Shown in pieces: positions 15,540 to 30,065 of a stretch of 64,000 bases of DNA (the stretch's first letter is position 1; the number at the start of each line of letters is the position of its first letter). The notes beneath the pieces were generated by a model that worked only from the letters and a program-made list of their open reading frames with translations, did not search any database and had not been told where the DNA came from. A program made the translations under genes and the position numbers. This DNA comes from the human T2T-CHM13v2.0 reference genome, Homo sapiens, in NCBI RefSeq assembly GCF_009914755.1, contig NC_060928.1. One strand, written 5' to 3'.

Positions 15540-18500
15540 TTATTTCTTTTCTCCATACGTCAGTGTTATATTATTTTTACCATTTCATCAAGGTGCCAAA
15601 TTATACCTTGATACAATTTTATGCCACGTTACTATAAATTAATTTTATATCATTAAAAAGGTACTTTATGGAGAAGGCTTGTTTTGATTTTTAAACCAAA
15701 ATGGTTTTAAATTTTTCAAATTTTAAAGTCCAAATACTAACCCTGGAAGAACACAGATAACACCCAAGTGATAATTCTGAATGCTCCTAAAGTAAGTTGT
15801 AAGGTCATAGCTATGATTTCCCTCTATGGAACAATGAAAAAAACAAACAAACAAACAAACAAACAAACAAAAACATTGCTTAATGGGAAACTCCTGTATT
15901 ACAATTAGCAATTAGGCTATAGGTCTATATACCAATTCACCATTACAATAATGCCAAATGGCATTTTTTATATTTCGTATGTGCCAAACATGTCAGAAAA
16001 CATTGGCCTCCAAAAAGTATATGACAAATATGAGTAAATATGCAAAATAAGTTATGGATTGATAAAAATCTGTAAAGTCAATATTGAAGTAGAATTTGTA
16101 GTTATAATTTATAACAAGTGAAAAGTTAAGAGTTGGGGAAATTTAAACATTTATAAACAAGATATAGTTTCTTGTCTATGATATTATGATGGAAAAGGTA
16201 CAATAATATTCAGTATACTTTGGGGAATGTTTGAGAGTAAATTGTCTTACAGAAATGTGATTTAAGAGTAGCTAACACATTCCCAGGATAAGCAGTTTTG
16301 AGACTCTAATGTTAACCTCTGTTTGGTGTATAGAAAGGAAGCTAATATACGATAGAAATATAAATTTTTAGCATGATTTGAAAAGAAGAGAATATTAAAA
16401 AATAAAACTGGGGAAACAATTATGACACCAGAATTCAAGATGAAAGTTTCCAGAAAATAAAATCAATGTCTCCCATTTAGAAGACTTACTTTTGTTGAAA
16501 GGAATAACAAAAAAATTTGAAATTCTTTTAGAGTATAATTGTGTTAGATTTGAATAAAAATTAGCATAGTTAATAAGTAAGGAAGTTTCCAAGTAGTTGA
16601 TGAGGGAAGACTTTAGTTATTTAAGCTTTTTGTAGAATTTCTTTCCATACTGTATTCTTTTGTAACTTTTAGTGGAACTCATGTCAAATAACACAACTTT
16701 AAAATTCTAAATGTAAACATTAATGATGCAAATTAGGTCATTTTAATCAACTTTACTTTTAAATTTTGGATATTGTGAAGAATAGTGAACTTAGTTTTGT
16801 TTTAAGACAGATAACCACTAAGATTTTTATAAGAAAAGAAATTTGTTTGGTGAAGTTAATGACAACACTTCAATGGAAAAATCATCATAAAATGTTTTCT
16901 TTTAAAAAACTGTTATAATTCAGAGTGGTGATATATATTTCTGTAGGTTATGAGAAATCTATTAGCTATTAAAACATATTGTATAATTATTGCAAGTTTA
17001 TTATATATATCCTCTAATTAGCACAGTATTGGAGTTGTGAGTAAGAGAGAGGCAGGCGGTGAGGCTGGAATGTGAGAACGTCACCCTCTTCAAATAATAG
17101 CTTTTATTCTTATAAATTCCGTTTCCCACCTCTATTTACATTATAATTATGGAAACAAATCCCTATGCCTAAATCAAATGTCAAATGTCCGAGTAGAGAT
17201 GGCTCTATGTCCTGCTGCAATACCTTAGAAGAAATCATTGTTAATAACTAATAGGAATGTACTTCCTTATTCTTTCTATAAAATAACTTTCACCCATTGT
17301 TTCAACATTGTAAAATATGTATCATATGAAATAAATGATTCCAGTTGTAATTGAAGCCAGAGTTAACAATAGCAATACTCCTCTTTCACTATGGAAATAA
17401 TTTTCTCTCCTCCTCTGAAAAATGCGCCACTGTAATTAGGGTGGTGTCCTGAAAAGCACCACCCGTTGTGTGTTCTTTGTCCTCTCTTCTCTGCGTGCTT
17501 TCCTGCCTGCCTCATGTATCCATGCTGTTCCGGGTTCTCCACTCTTCACAATCAAATAATGTTTCATTTAAGCAAGGCCTAAGTCTTCTTTGGAAATCCC
17601 GTGTTGTACCCTTCCTTTGCACAATTAACGTTCCTAATTATTTTCATCCATTTTCTTCTTTATTTGTGCCATAGAGGAAAGAGCACTAATGTTGAAGTAA
17701 TTTTGGCTTGAAATTCTAGACACATAACATGTCTGATTTTCCTTCTCAGTAAACATGGAACAATGTTATCTGCTTTATATATTTATATGGATAATTACAT
17801 TAGGAAATTTGTGTAATATCTAGCACAATGTGTAGCATGTGATAAGTACTTAAAGGAAGGTTAATTCTTCTCTATCTTGTGACTTCATTTACTTTACTGT
17901 GTCCTGTTTTTTTTTTTTTTTCACTACAGTATGGGTTGTGAGAAAAACTGTTCTGCTAATTTGCATTTTCTATAAAATCTACTGTGGTAGAAATTTAGTA
18001 TACATGTTTGAGAAAATGAATAAATAATTCATCTAGATGGCAGCTCATAATTTCTTCCAGTAATGAAATGCTATATATACATTTACTTTCTATTTTTGTG
18101 TATGCACGTGTATGTGTATCTGTATGTGTGTGTATACATACATCTCCTGATACCAACTTTTGACTCTTGTATACTCCATGGTCACAGAGGAAGGCAAAAA
18201 AGGCACAGAAAAAGAATGTTGAGGTTTGTTAGGATAGAGCATTGTGATCTTGTTCATGAATCTGACAATTGTCTGTCCACTTCAATATCCCTCTTCAAGT
18301 AGCTGTCAGTTATTTTGTGCATGTTAAATAATGTAATTTTAAATTAGTAATTGCTTTCAAAATTTCTTTTCTGAGTTATACACTTATGACAATTGAGAAT
18401 AGATTTTCAGGTTTTCTTGTGAGTCAGACTTGGGTAAGAGAAAACAAAATGAAAATGTTGCCATGATTCCTTTTCACTTAGTTTCTGTTTTATCTCAACC

Positions 18501-18764
18501 AAATATTTCGTTTCTTGTCAATGCTTTCTCTATTTGTAAAGGTAAAATATTATGAGATTATCTAGAATGAGCTTTGTTTCCCATAATATCAATGAAATTA
18601 AAGAGAAAACTCTTTATATATATTGTGTCCATATTTAGTACTGTAGGAGCCTATGTATACAATAGTAATCAATAAATATTTTTTAGTTAAATTATCAAAT
18701 GATCTTGCTTCTTATGGATTCACATTGAAAGGATGAGTAGGTTAAAATAATTGCTAATGCTATA

Positions 18765-19040
18765 GCACCTACCACATGCCAGCACTGTTCTTGGCTATTA
18801 TTACGTATTTTATATAATTAAAAATTACAAATTTTAACTCATTTAATGTTCATAGAACCATATGAATTAAGTAATATCACCCTACCCATTACACAGATAA
18901 AAAATGGAGATGCTATAGTTAAATGACCATCGACAGGAGAACTGAGATGCTATATAGTTAAATGACTTGCCCAACGTAGTAGAACAGTAATTGAGATCAG
19001 GTTGTCTGGCTCCAGAATGCGTGCTCTTAACTACCATGCC
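18765..19040 (-). mobile_element. MIR with a small internal duplication (gagatgctat(at)agttaaatgac x2)
   Basis: cccattacacagat...gttaaatgacttgccca...ctggctccagaatgcgtgctcttaac. Confidence 0.7.
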
Positions 19041-19237
19041 GTAAATAACAATATCAAAACATCTGATAAATTTGTGTAATTTTTGCCTTTTAGTAAAGAC
19101 TTTGGTTTTTATTTTGACAGAATGAAGTGTATTAATACATTCATCAGTAAACAATTTTGAATATCCCTTTTGAGAAGATTTTAAAATTTAATTCTAAAAC
19201 TCTGAAATTATTGAAAATATGTATCAATCTCCAAGAC

Positions 19238-19379
19238 AAAAAAAAGAAAAGAAAGACAGAAAGAATGAAAGAAAAAAGGAAGGAAGGGAGGGAGGAGGAA
19301 GGAAGGAAGGAAGGAAGGGGAAGGGAAGGGAAGGAAGGGGAAGGGAAGAGAATGGAAGGAAGAAAGGAAGGAAGGAAGG
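19238..19379. repeat. GA-rich (GGAA/GAAG)n low-complexity polypurine tract
   Basis: Direct inspection. Confidence 0.9.
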
Positions 19380-20207
19380 CCCAATTTGTGCTTGATTGAT
19401 CAGTTTGAAAGGTGCTGATTGTAAAAGATGGTGTCTTCAGGATTTGGATTATGTTTCTTTAGTATTTTGGTTTCCTAAGATAAATCTTGGGAAGACTTGA
19501 AGAGGAGGCAACTACACTAGTTTGGTTCAATAAAGTTACTTTTTCAGTGCTTAAAGTTATTAATGTTTGACACCTCTAGGCAAGATTCCTCATCTTGAAT
19601 TGTACAATCCTGGAGAATAGGTTGCATGTTTTCTTCAATATTCTATTCCATGTTTCTAGACCACTGCTTTGTATTTTAGTGAGCATTCAATTAACCTCTG
19701 TTGAATGAATGATGTTCGAACTGCATTTTAATTTAGTTTGTATCTATATGCTTACTGTTAAAAACAAGCTATTTAGAATAACATAAATGAAACATAAATG
19801 AAAATGAAATTTCGGGCATAATAATCTGTCTTTAATCATCGTACATTGTTATTTAGATAATACTTTGCCTTGATTTTCAGTACTGAATGAAGCTTTTGAC
19901 ATTCAAACAAAGAGTAACATCTTTTGTAAACATAAATCTATGATGTTCACAGATTTACAGAGATGTTTAGAAAAGTAATGTAGTTAATATGTAGAATAAT
20001 TTCTGAATGAATATTGCAGCCTGAGATGAAAGTAAGACTCATATATTTACCTTTTGTTTTAAACTTATTTATGGTAACAGTGATGAATTAAATATTTTAC
20101 TATTCTAATGTTAGTGAAATTATACTGTGGTATAATTATACTGTGGTATAACCCCATGGGGCTTACTTTGTGTAAGCTTTACCATGGTATAATATATATG
20201 TATATTT

Positions 20208-20795
<588 letters not shown>

Positions 20796-20945
20796 TTAAT
20801 TTGCTCAGTAGAGACTGAATTGTTTATTTCATTAAGATCTGAGGCCAGGATATTAACATGATGGCAATATATGTATTGTATAAATAATGTCTTTGGATTA
20901 CTTACTTATTTTATACAATAACCCTTTTTTTTTTCTTTTTTGCAG

Positions 20946-21118
20946 GTTTCAGATTTGGGATATTGGTGTTTCTGTTTTGGAGAAATTATTCTTTTTCTTT
21001 TTAATTTGAAGAAAAATCATCAGTCTTGGAATACAGAAGAGAAACTAGAAATATACGTATTTTGTTTCACATTTGAACAGTCATTCTTGAGGAATACTCC
21101 ATACCTGAGTAGACAGCC
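20946..21118 (+). other. ADGRL3: ADGRL3 5' UTR portion of the start-codon exon (exon 20946-21173, 228 nt)
   Basis: Long polypyrimidine tract plus tgcag acceptor (AG 20944-20945). No ATG in these 173 nt. In-frame TAA at 21002-21004 upstream of the start. Confidence 0.9.
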
Positions 21119-21173
21119 ATGTGGCCATCGCAGCTACTAATTTTCATGATGCTCTTAGCTCCAATAATTCATG
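21119..21173 (+). CDS. ADGRL3: ADGRL3/latrophilin-3 first coding segment (signal peptide MWPSQLLIFMMLLAPIIH + 1 nt; phase-1 end)
   Basis: Kozak cagccATG at 21119. The translation is the recognised N-terminus of human latrophilin-3. Canonical donor G|gtaaga at 21174. Confidence 0.96.
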
Positions 21174-21328
21174 GTAAGATTTTTCAGATTTTTGTGTAAT
21201 GCTTAATGTTGTCTCACTTATTCATACTGGACACTTCCTTGGGATCTTTTCTCTGAGACTGCTTTGTAGTTTTTCCTTATCATATGTTAGTATGAGTAAG
21301 TTAAAATAAAAGAACATAATGTGTATTT

Positions 21329-21648
21329 CCTTTTCTTTTCTTTTTTTTTTTTTTTTTGAGTCAGAGCCTCGCACTGTCACCCAGGCTCGAGTGCGGTGGC
21401 ACGATCTCGGCTTACTGCAACCTCTGTCTCCTGGGTTCACGCCATTCTCCTGCCTCAGCCTCCTGAGTAGCTGGGACTACAGGCGCCCACCACCACGCCT
21501 GGCTAATTTTTTTTTTTTTTTTGTATTTTTAGTAGAGACGGGGTTTCACAGTGTTAGCCAGGATGGTCTCGATTTCCTGACCTCGTGACCCGCCCTCCTT
21601 GGCCTCCCAAAGTGCTGGGATTACAGGCGTGAGCCACCGCGCCCAGCC
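21329..21648 (-). mobile_element. AluY-like
   Basis: Antisense Alu. TSD cataatgtgtattt at 21315-21328 and 21649-21662. Confidence 0.94.
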
Positions 21649-22094
21649 CATAATGTGTATTTTAAGCTGAAATCGTTATGAGTTTCCAGTTGCATTTCTT
21701 AAAGTGCCTATTGAAATGTATTTAAAACCAAAAGGCTTTTTAAAAAGAGCTCTTGCATTTTATTTTTAGTCTTTACTACACTTTTGGAAAATCAGCTGAA
21801 ATATTAATTATCTCATTTATTGTGAATTTTTTGGCTTGCATAGTTTCATACTTAAAAAAACATTTTTAATGTAGTAAATTTGGGCATTTGAAAGAAAACT
21901 CCAAAAGTAAAATCCCACTTATTCAAAAGTATCTGCTTTCCAAAACCAAGTAATTATTTTTTCTCTGAGTATTTACTACTCTGCACAATCTTTAATATAC
22001 AGAACACAAACTATAACCTCCCAATAAAGGGAAATTGTTTTGGTACTATACCTTGAAATGCAAAAACACAAACAAATAAAAAATCAAAAGAACG

Positions 22095-22412
<318 letters not shown>

Positions 22413-23799
22413 TTAATGTGTGTTTTCACTTTTTAAAGAAAGGTGTGATTATGGAAACATGCTAATATACTTAATAGACATGTATACTTAATGTTGTTCA
22501 TTTAGACATCTTTGTATTTATAGCAGAAATATGATAGTTTAGAAAGGATGTACCTTTGCAAATTTTATAAAATATATCACATTATTTAATATATAAGCGA
22601 GACATTTATATTCTGTACAACTTAGAGTAATATTCACTGAATCTCTCTCAAACCTGGTAAATTAAAGTCTATATGTATGTTCCTCTTACACAATTTAATG
22701 TTTTTGGCTAATTATCATTGATTTTTTTCACTAAGATGAAAATGTTGTAATATAGTCACTCTCTCATATGTTGATGATAATTATAGCAAAGAAAAAAGGA
22801 CACAGCTGTATTTGCCACTGCTTAGGTCTCAGAATATTATAGTGTAGCAAGCAGCTGAAATGAATTTTTAGCCTCTTTAGCTCACTTTTGGTTTTTAATT
22901 GATTACAGAAACCCATTGTAGTTCGTCAGTGATGCAATTCTGAATCTGGCCTGTGTTCTTAAGTTTTAACATGCATTGCATTTTGCTGTCATTCTAAATA
23001 CTGGGTAAAATAACTTCCTTTGACGTTTTCCTCTAAAGTTCCCTGGATGCAACATATTTAGTTCTAACAATTCACTATATTATAAGGTAGAGATGTTTGT
23101 AAAAGGGGAGTATCCTACTTATTCAACAATCTCAACCATCTTGTTTTAAGCAAATTTGTTTAAAATTTCAAAATCTTTTCTTAATTCATATACTTATACA
23201 TTCACATTCTCTGCATGGGCACATATAACATTTTGTGATGTGGGAAAATAAAAATAATTATGTTACTTGAGACAATGCTTTTCTAATTATCCATATATGT
23301 AAAGATGACTTAAATTAGATTTTTTATGTGATAAAAATTCCTCCCTTATAATGTTATTTTGAGAATAAAATAAATAGCATATGTAAATAATGTAGTACAG
23401 TGCATAGAAAATATTAAGTGCTTGAACATGTGAATTTCCTTCATCATATAATCTATCCCTCTAGTTAATTTTTGTTCCAGTAAATTATAACAACCAGGAA
23501 TTAGCTAGCCATAAAAGCTGATATATTTAATGTTGATACTAAGGAAAAAAAGAAAAATACCTACATATATATTTACACACACACAATTCGTATTCAAAAG
23601 ATCAATCTAAAATTACCTTTGTTAGAGAAAATTAGGTTAAAAATAGCAGAAACAGACATTGTAAGAAAGATTCCTTTTTCAGAACTAAAATTCCTGGTCC
23701 CTAAAACTGACACATACTATGTATTTCAGTGGACCCCTAAATGTGGCTGAGCCATGGGTCTTGGGTCTTGGTTTGGGAACTGATAGTCTGCATTGAAAT

Positions 23800-23848
23800 C
23801 ACACACACACAGACACACACACACACACACACACACATACACACACAG

Positions 23849-23889
<41 letters not shown>
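23800..23889. repeat. Compound (CA)n-(GA)n microsatellite
   Basis: Direct inspection. Confidence 0.95.
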
Positions 23890-23893
<4 letters not shown>

Positions 23894-24559
23894 CTCCAAG
23901 TAATTCTTAGAAGTATTAAATCAATCCCTAGTATAATAATAGGACACATAAAAGACTAACCTGGTAGGTAAAATACTCTGGGTTAAAAAAATAAAATAAT
24001 CATTTCCATTTTATGTGGACTATTCAATATTATCTTGAGTTTTGAACCATAGAGGACAAAACAATATAGAAGCTTTTTACTTATAAACTTTATCCTTTAT
24101 TTTAAAACTTTGTACCTGAGAAAATACAAGTTGGTTTTGTCTTCCTTCTTTAAGAAGGCTTTTTCTTTTGCCTTTGTGATACCACTTCTGACTTGTGAAT
24201 GAAGGGCTTTATAAGCAGCCTTTTGGAACCTAACTTGCTCATAAATAGAAAAATGTACCTTTGATCAAGTGCTGAAATATAATAGGATAGGAATTTTTAG
24301 AGTCCCTATCAATCCTGGCTTAAGAGAATACTGCATAACTTGAAACCTTAGATGACTGGGTTAAAATGTATGTCACAGTTATAGAAGTACTTTTGGTTCC
24401 AACATGTCCTCTGCTGACGTCTCCTTGCTACTGTTATTGAGATGTCCAGAATTTTTGCCCTCTTGACCATTGGGAATTAATTCTTCTGGGTAATGATCTG
24501 AATTGCTATCCCTTTCCTCAGAGAAAATAATGATGATGACTACTGATTTTATAGCCATA

Positions 24560-24760
24560 AACTTTAGATGTTTTAGTTCACTTAATATTCACTATAATTG
24601 CATGGGTTTATTTTTCATTATTTGTTATTATCATAATCACTATCTTTACAGGTAAAGACATTGAGGTACACAGTGGTAAAGTAAATTGAGATCACACAGC
24701 TACTAAGGGACACAGAGGGAATTTAAAATCAAGGACTTGGCTTTTGAGCTCTGCTCTTGC
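24560..24760 (-). mobile_element. MIR (degenerate)
   Basis: ctttacaggtaaagacattgaggtacacagtggtaaagtaa...gatcacacagctacta. Confidence 0.55.
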
Positions 24761-27544
24761 TGGCAGTAGATATCCAATTCCTATCAAGGCCATTCCTCTT
24801 TACATAGAATCTCATCTCAACTCTCCTAGTCACTTGGGAGCAGGTGAGGCAGAAACATTGACCATCTGCCTCTTCCATGTTCTTGGGACAGACAGACTGT
24901 GGTTCTGAAGCCTGACAGACCAGAGATGAAATTCCAGCTCTGCCACCTACTGGCTCTGTAATCCTGTTTATCTGTCAACTGGTTAATAAATATCATTAAT
25001 TTACCCACTACAAGCCAGAAAACTGCTAGATGTACTAAAGACAGGACAGTGAACAACAGACTTGTATTTCTTCCCTCATTGAGCTTACAGTAACCTAAAA
25101 ATGTGTAGCTTAATATAATTTTTATCTGTAAAAATGAACATTTATTCCTTGCAGAGCTATTTTAAGAAATGAATGCAAGGATGTATAACTTCTAACATGG
25201 TGCTTTGGCATTTGATAAACCTTTCATTTTTTTCCCCTGCTCCTTTCTTACCTTGAAATAGTGGTAAACCCCTGAGCACTAGGTAAGGAAAATAAGTAAT
25301 TACTGTTATTCTAACCCTGAGAATGGAAAGAAATCTTTTTCTACTCAAACCTCAGTATCTATGTTTTGCCAAACATTTCTAAATACTAGCATCTAAACAA
25401 AATTATTGTCAATATTACTAATATCTAAATAAAATTATTCTCACTATGTAGGAATGTTTAAACTACTATTTTAATTGGTTATATATAATTGTTAGTGTTA
25501 TACTTTTGCATAATCTCTACATGAACAAAATCAGAGACTAAGCTAAAGAATTAATTCTGATAATGTTTAGGTTAGTTGAATAATCCCCACTTGCTCTAAA
25601 TAGTCTGGTCCATGTTTTGTATAGAAAAACAAAACAAGTACATCAATATCACATAAATATGTACAATTTTTTAAATTAGGAAATGTCCCTGCTTCTATGT
25701 TTATCTGTCCATATTCTGTGTCTCTGTGTACTTCTGTATTTCTCTTTTTCTGTTTTCCATGACTGTGTCCCCTTCCTGTAGAGCCATAATATCCTTATCT
25801 ATAATGCAATGAGACCTGGCAGAAGTAAAGAGGAGCAGCTGAAGCAGATGGCCAGTTCTTTGCTCTGTACTACTGTAGTGTTGCATGAAGATAAAGGATT
25901 CTTTTTGTTGTTGTTCTGTTGATGTGGTTGGGAGCAAGGGAAAATAAGGAAATTGGAGAGCAAAACCCAGTAATAACGTAGGTACCTGGGGCTCATTTTG
26001 ATAGGCAGTAAAGAAACATCAAGGTCCAATGTGGGACCTTGGGCTGGGAGATCTGTTCCTGGGAGGTAACTACACCTAAGCCCCAGATGATTGGGAGTTC
26101 AGAAGGTGATTCTGGTGCTCAAATATTTCAACTACATCTCAGCTTAATTGAACCTCACTTGTAAAAACTGAATCATAGTTGAAGAGGTACAAAGCAGGAT
26201 CACTGGCACTTAAACTAGGAATAACGGCGAGCGGTATGTTTTATAGCGTCTTCACAGAAAAAGAAAACTGCAACGTAAAAAAAATGCTTGTAGAACCAGC
26301 TTATACATGTTTTTTTTTTTTTCTGCAATTCTATTGTTAAAGTTGCATCTGTATTTATATATTCAGGGACTTTACTGGTTAGCCTGCATTTTATCATGTG
26401 CAACAAATTACTTATAATAAACAGTTCTTAGTAGGGACAAAAGAATGATCAGATGCATATTTGTTTTTATATAATTTTCACTTTATTGTTAATCTCTGTT
26501 TACAATTAAAATACTAATGTCAATGATTTAAGATAATAGTCATATATTTTGTAACTTCAAAGATATGAAACTTGAAAAAGTACAAAATTACACTTAACTA
26601 CATGGCATTTTATCATATAATTCTTTCTATGAAGATGTGTTTTATTAGTGGTGAAAGAGTCAGGTTGACTTCTAAGCTCTGCTTAACTTGGTTATTTTTA
26701 GAAATTAATCATCCTTGAAATGTTTATAACGCTTGCCAACCTAGGTAATTTGTAATATCTGCAGTAATATAACTATGTTTATAGTCAAATACATTATACA
26801 GAAAAATCTGTGTCATGGTAATGATATATGAGGTTACTGCTAACACATCCAACGCCATCCACATTAACCAGTGGGTACTGAGATTTAAAATAGGTATTTT
26901 GTAAGCTAACTGCTCAGTCGCTAATACCACAATGTAAGCTACAAACATGCATGGCTGATAGCTTTACTTTATGTGTAAGAATTTGTTTAGAAACTTCCCC
27001 AAATACTCAGTATGCAGGTTGGCAATTGGAAAATAATTTTTTTTTTTGCTTTTGTACTTGCAAAAGGTGTTACGTATGAATTTAATTGTAGTAATAATCT
27101 ATGAGTGATGTGTACATATTTGGAGTAAAATAGCATTTTTCTATATTGAAATTTTGTGTATTGTGACTATTTGAGGTGCTTGTAATTTATCCTATTTTTT
27201 ATATTTCTTTGTCTGTGGTGGACTCTGACTTCTGTAGGGTTGTTGTTTTATACTTAATGTTGAACAAATTTAAAAATATTTGAATATACAATATAAAGTC
27301 ATTGTTTTCTTATTCTTTGGATTACTATTTACTTTAATCCTCAGTGTAATTGGGTTATTTATAAATGGGTCATTTTTCTTTATATTGTCAAATTATAAGC
27401 ATTCTTCATAAAAATATATTTTTTGAAAAGACGGTAAGATATCATTAGAAGACATTTAGTTTTAAGAGATTTTTAGACTATATTTTCTAAGAATAGCTTT
27501 TAAATTTTTTATTTTTAAAATTTCAATTTTAAGTAAAAATTTCA

Positions 27545-27720
27545 AATATTGTTATTAGTAAAATATTTTTTATGAATACATAATATTTGTACATGTTTAT
27601 GGGGGTACTTATACAGCATTTTGATACATGCATACAGTCTATAATGATCAAATTGGAGTACTTAGGATATTCGTCACTTCAACCATTTTTCATTTTTTTG
27701 TTTTGGGAATGTTTCAGATT
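27545..27720 (-). mobile_element. L1MA-like 3' terminal fragment
   Basis: tacataatatttgtacatgtttatgggg...ttttgatacatgcataca...ataatgatcaaat. Confidence 0.65.
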
Positions 27721-27826
27721 TTCTGGAAGGCTATTTGCCTGGAGTTACCCACTTAAATTCTCATCTATTTTATGTTGAATCATGCACCATTTGTCTACCC
27801 TCATCACTTCAAATTCTCCAACCCCC

Positions 27827-28117
27827 TTTTTGTAAGACAGGGTTTCACTCTGTCACCCAGGCTGTAGTGCAGTGGCATAATCAGAGCCCACTGTAACCTC
27901 AACCTCCTGGGCTCAAGCAGTCCTCCCACCTCAGCCTCCCAAGTGGCTAGGACCACAGGCATGCGCCACCACACCTGGCTAATTTTTAAAATTTTTTCAT
28001 AAAGATGGAGTCTTGCTCTGTTGCCCAGGCTGGTCTCAAACTCTAGACCTCCAGCAATCCTCCTGCCTTGACCTCCCAGAGCACTGGGATTACGGGTGTG
28101 AAGCACTGTACCCAGCC
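27827..28117 (-). mobile_element. AluJ
   Basis: ctcctgggctcaagcagtcctcccacctcagcc J-type motifs. Confidence 0.9.
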
Positions 28118-28169
28118 CCCTTTTACTCATGTATTTGATTCCTCAAAGTAGTTCATTCATTCAGAATTT

Positions 28170-29215
28170 TTTTAAAAAAATAATTTTTAATCATTATGGA
28201 TATTTAATAGTGCACATTTATGGGGTACATATAATATTTGATACAAGCATACAATTTGTAAGGATCAGTTACTCCAGGGTAATTAGGGTGTCTGTCATCT
28301 CAAATTTTTATTTATATGTGTTAGGAATATTACAATTCTACTCTTTTAGTTATTTTGAAATATACAATAAATTATTGTTGGTTATAGTCACCATATCTTG
28401 CTACTGAACACTAGATCTTATTCCCTCTACCTAACAGTATTTTTGTACCAACTAACCATCTTCTCTTCATCTTTCTCCTCTCCACTAATCTTCCCATCCT
28501 CTGGTAACCATCATTCTACTCTCTGTCTCCATTAGTTTAATATTTTTTTTATTTCTCATATATTACTGATAACATGCAATGTTTGTCTTTCTATGTTTGG
28601 CTTAAGAATTTCATCGCTTTTTTATAGCTGGATAAATTTCATTGTGTATGTGTAACCACATTTTCTTTATCCATTCATTCATTGATGGACACTTAGGTTG
28701 ATTCCATATCTTGGCCATTCTGAATAGCGTTGCAATAAATATGAGAGTGCACATAGCTCTTCAAAATACTTATTTTCTTTCTTTTCCACATATACCCAGG
28801 AGTGGGATTTCTGGATCATACAGTAGTTCTTTTAGTCTTTTGAGGGACCTTCATGCTGTTCTCCACAGTGGCTGCACTATTTATATTCCCACCGACAGAC
28901 AAAGGTTCCCCTTTCTCCACATCCTCACTAGCATTTGTTATTGCCTGTTTTTGGATAACAGCCATTTTAACTGTGGGAGATGATATTTCATTGTAGTTAT
29001 AATTTGCACTTCTCTGATGATTAGTGATGTTGAGCATTTTTCATTTACCCGTTGATCATTTGCATATCTTCTTTTGAGAAATGTCTATTCACATCTTTTG
29101 CTCATTTTAAAATCAGATTGATTTTTTTCCTGTTGAGTTATTAACCCTTGTCAGATGATAGTTTGCAAATATTTTCTCCCATTCTTGTGGGTTGTCTCCT
29201 CACTTTTTTATTGTT
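28170..29215 (-). mobile_element. L1MA-like 3' ~1 kb
   Basis: Antisense L1 3' UTR and ORF2 C-terminus (ORF 28816..29037 is L1-like). Confidence 0.85.
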
Positions 29216-29884
29216 ATTATGACTATAAAAATTAATAATTGTCCATAATTGAAACTTTATTTTTATAGGAGACCTGTATACTGGTGAATTGTATACAAAA
29301 CAGCAAGGCAATTCATTGAGTTCTATTAGTTTTCAATTATTTCTTCCTAAGAAAATGATGAAGATGATTAAACTCTGGTAGCCAAGAAAAATTTCTATTT
29401 TTGGTCGAGTCTGAATATTTTTGAGATTTTGGAAATCCTCTTTTTTATATTTTTATATCTTTGTTCAAATTATAAATATTGAGTCTTTCATTTTACTTCT
29501 GTAGATTGTTTTTTCTCTAATATGTTCTGCAAATTGCTGAATGCCTCTTGTAGTTCATCTCAAGAGTAATCCTATAGCTTTGCATCTCTCTATCAAATCC
29601 ACATATTATATATTAGTGTCCTCTGGACTCACATCACATCTTTTAATAAAAAAAAACAAACAAAAATGTAAATCAGCAGAGAACCTGGTGTTTTATATGG
29701 CAAGGATAATTAATGGTTAATAAATGTTGATACTGAATAGCTCCTGTAGTTTTCAGGAACTATAGAAGATGATGTCACCATATTTAGGAAGCATTGCTTA
29801 CATGAAGCCCAGAAACTGAAGTTTACAGTATCATCTAATCTAAACTGCTTTAGAATCCTATATTGTATGGTCCTATTAAATGGA

Positions 29885-30065
29885 GTAGAAAGATCTTAAG
29901 CCTTAGAGTTTAACTCCAGTTCTATTACTTCCAAGATATATGGCCTTAAAGAGTTTAAATCACAGTTTATTTATTTGTTAAATGAGTAATTAGGCCTACT
30001 TTGTTATAGAATGAGGATTAAATAAAATAATGTATAAAAAGGCCCTAATACAAAGCCTTACACAT
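29885..30065 (+). mobile_element. MIR (degenerate)
   Basis: gagtttaactccagttctattact...gaggattaaataaaataatgtata. Confidence 0.5.

Noticed and set aside
19157-19399. K/E/R/G-rich ORF (also the THTH/RERE and CVCV ORFs at 23737-23959 and 44319-44558)
   Set aside because: Simple-repeat translations.
20951-20952. Second AG 7 nt into the start-codon exon as an alternative acceptor
   Set aside because: Would only trim the UTR, and the sequence gives no evidence that it is used.
20940-21140. 66-aa ORF overlapping the ADGRL3 start as a uORF
   Set aside because: Starts at a TTG in the intron's polypyrimidine tract; there is no ATG in the exon's UTR part.
26200-26300. Small CpG-containing patch
   Set aside because: Too short to classify; may be an old DNA-transposon remnant that I cannot name with confidence.
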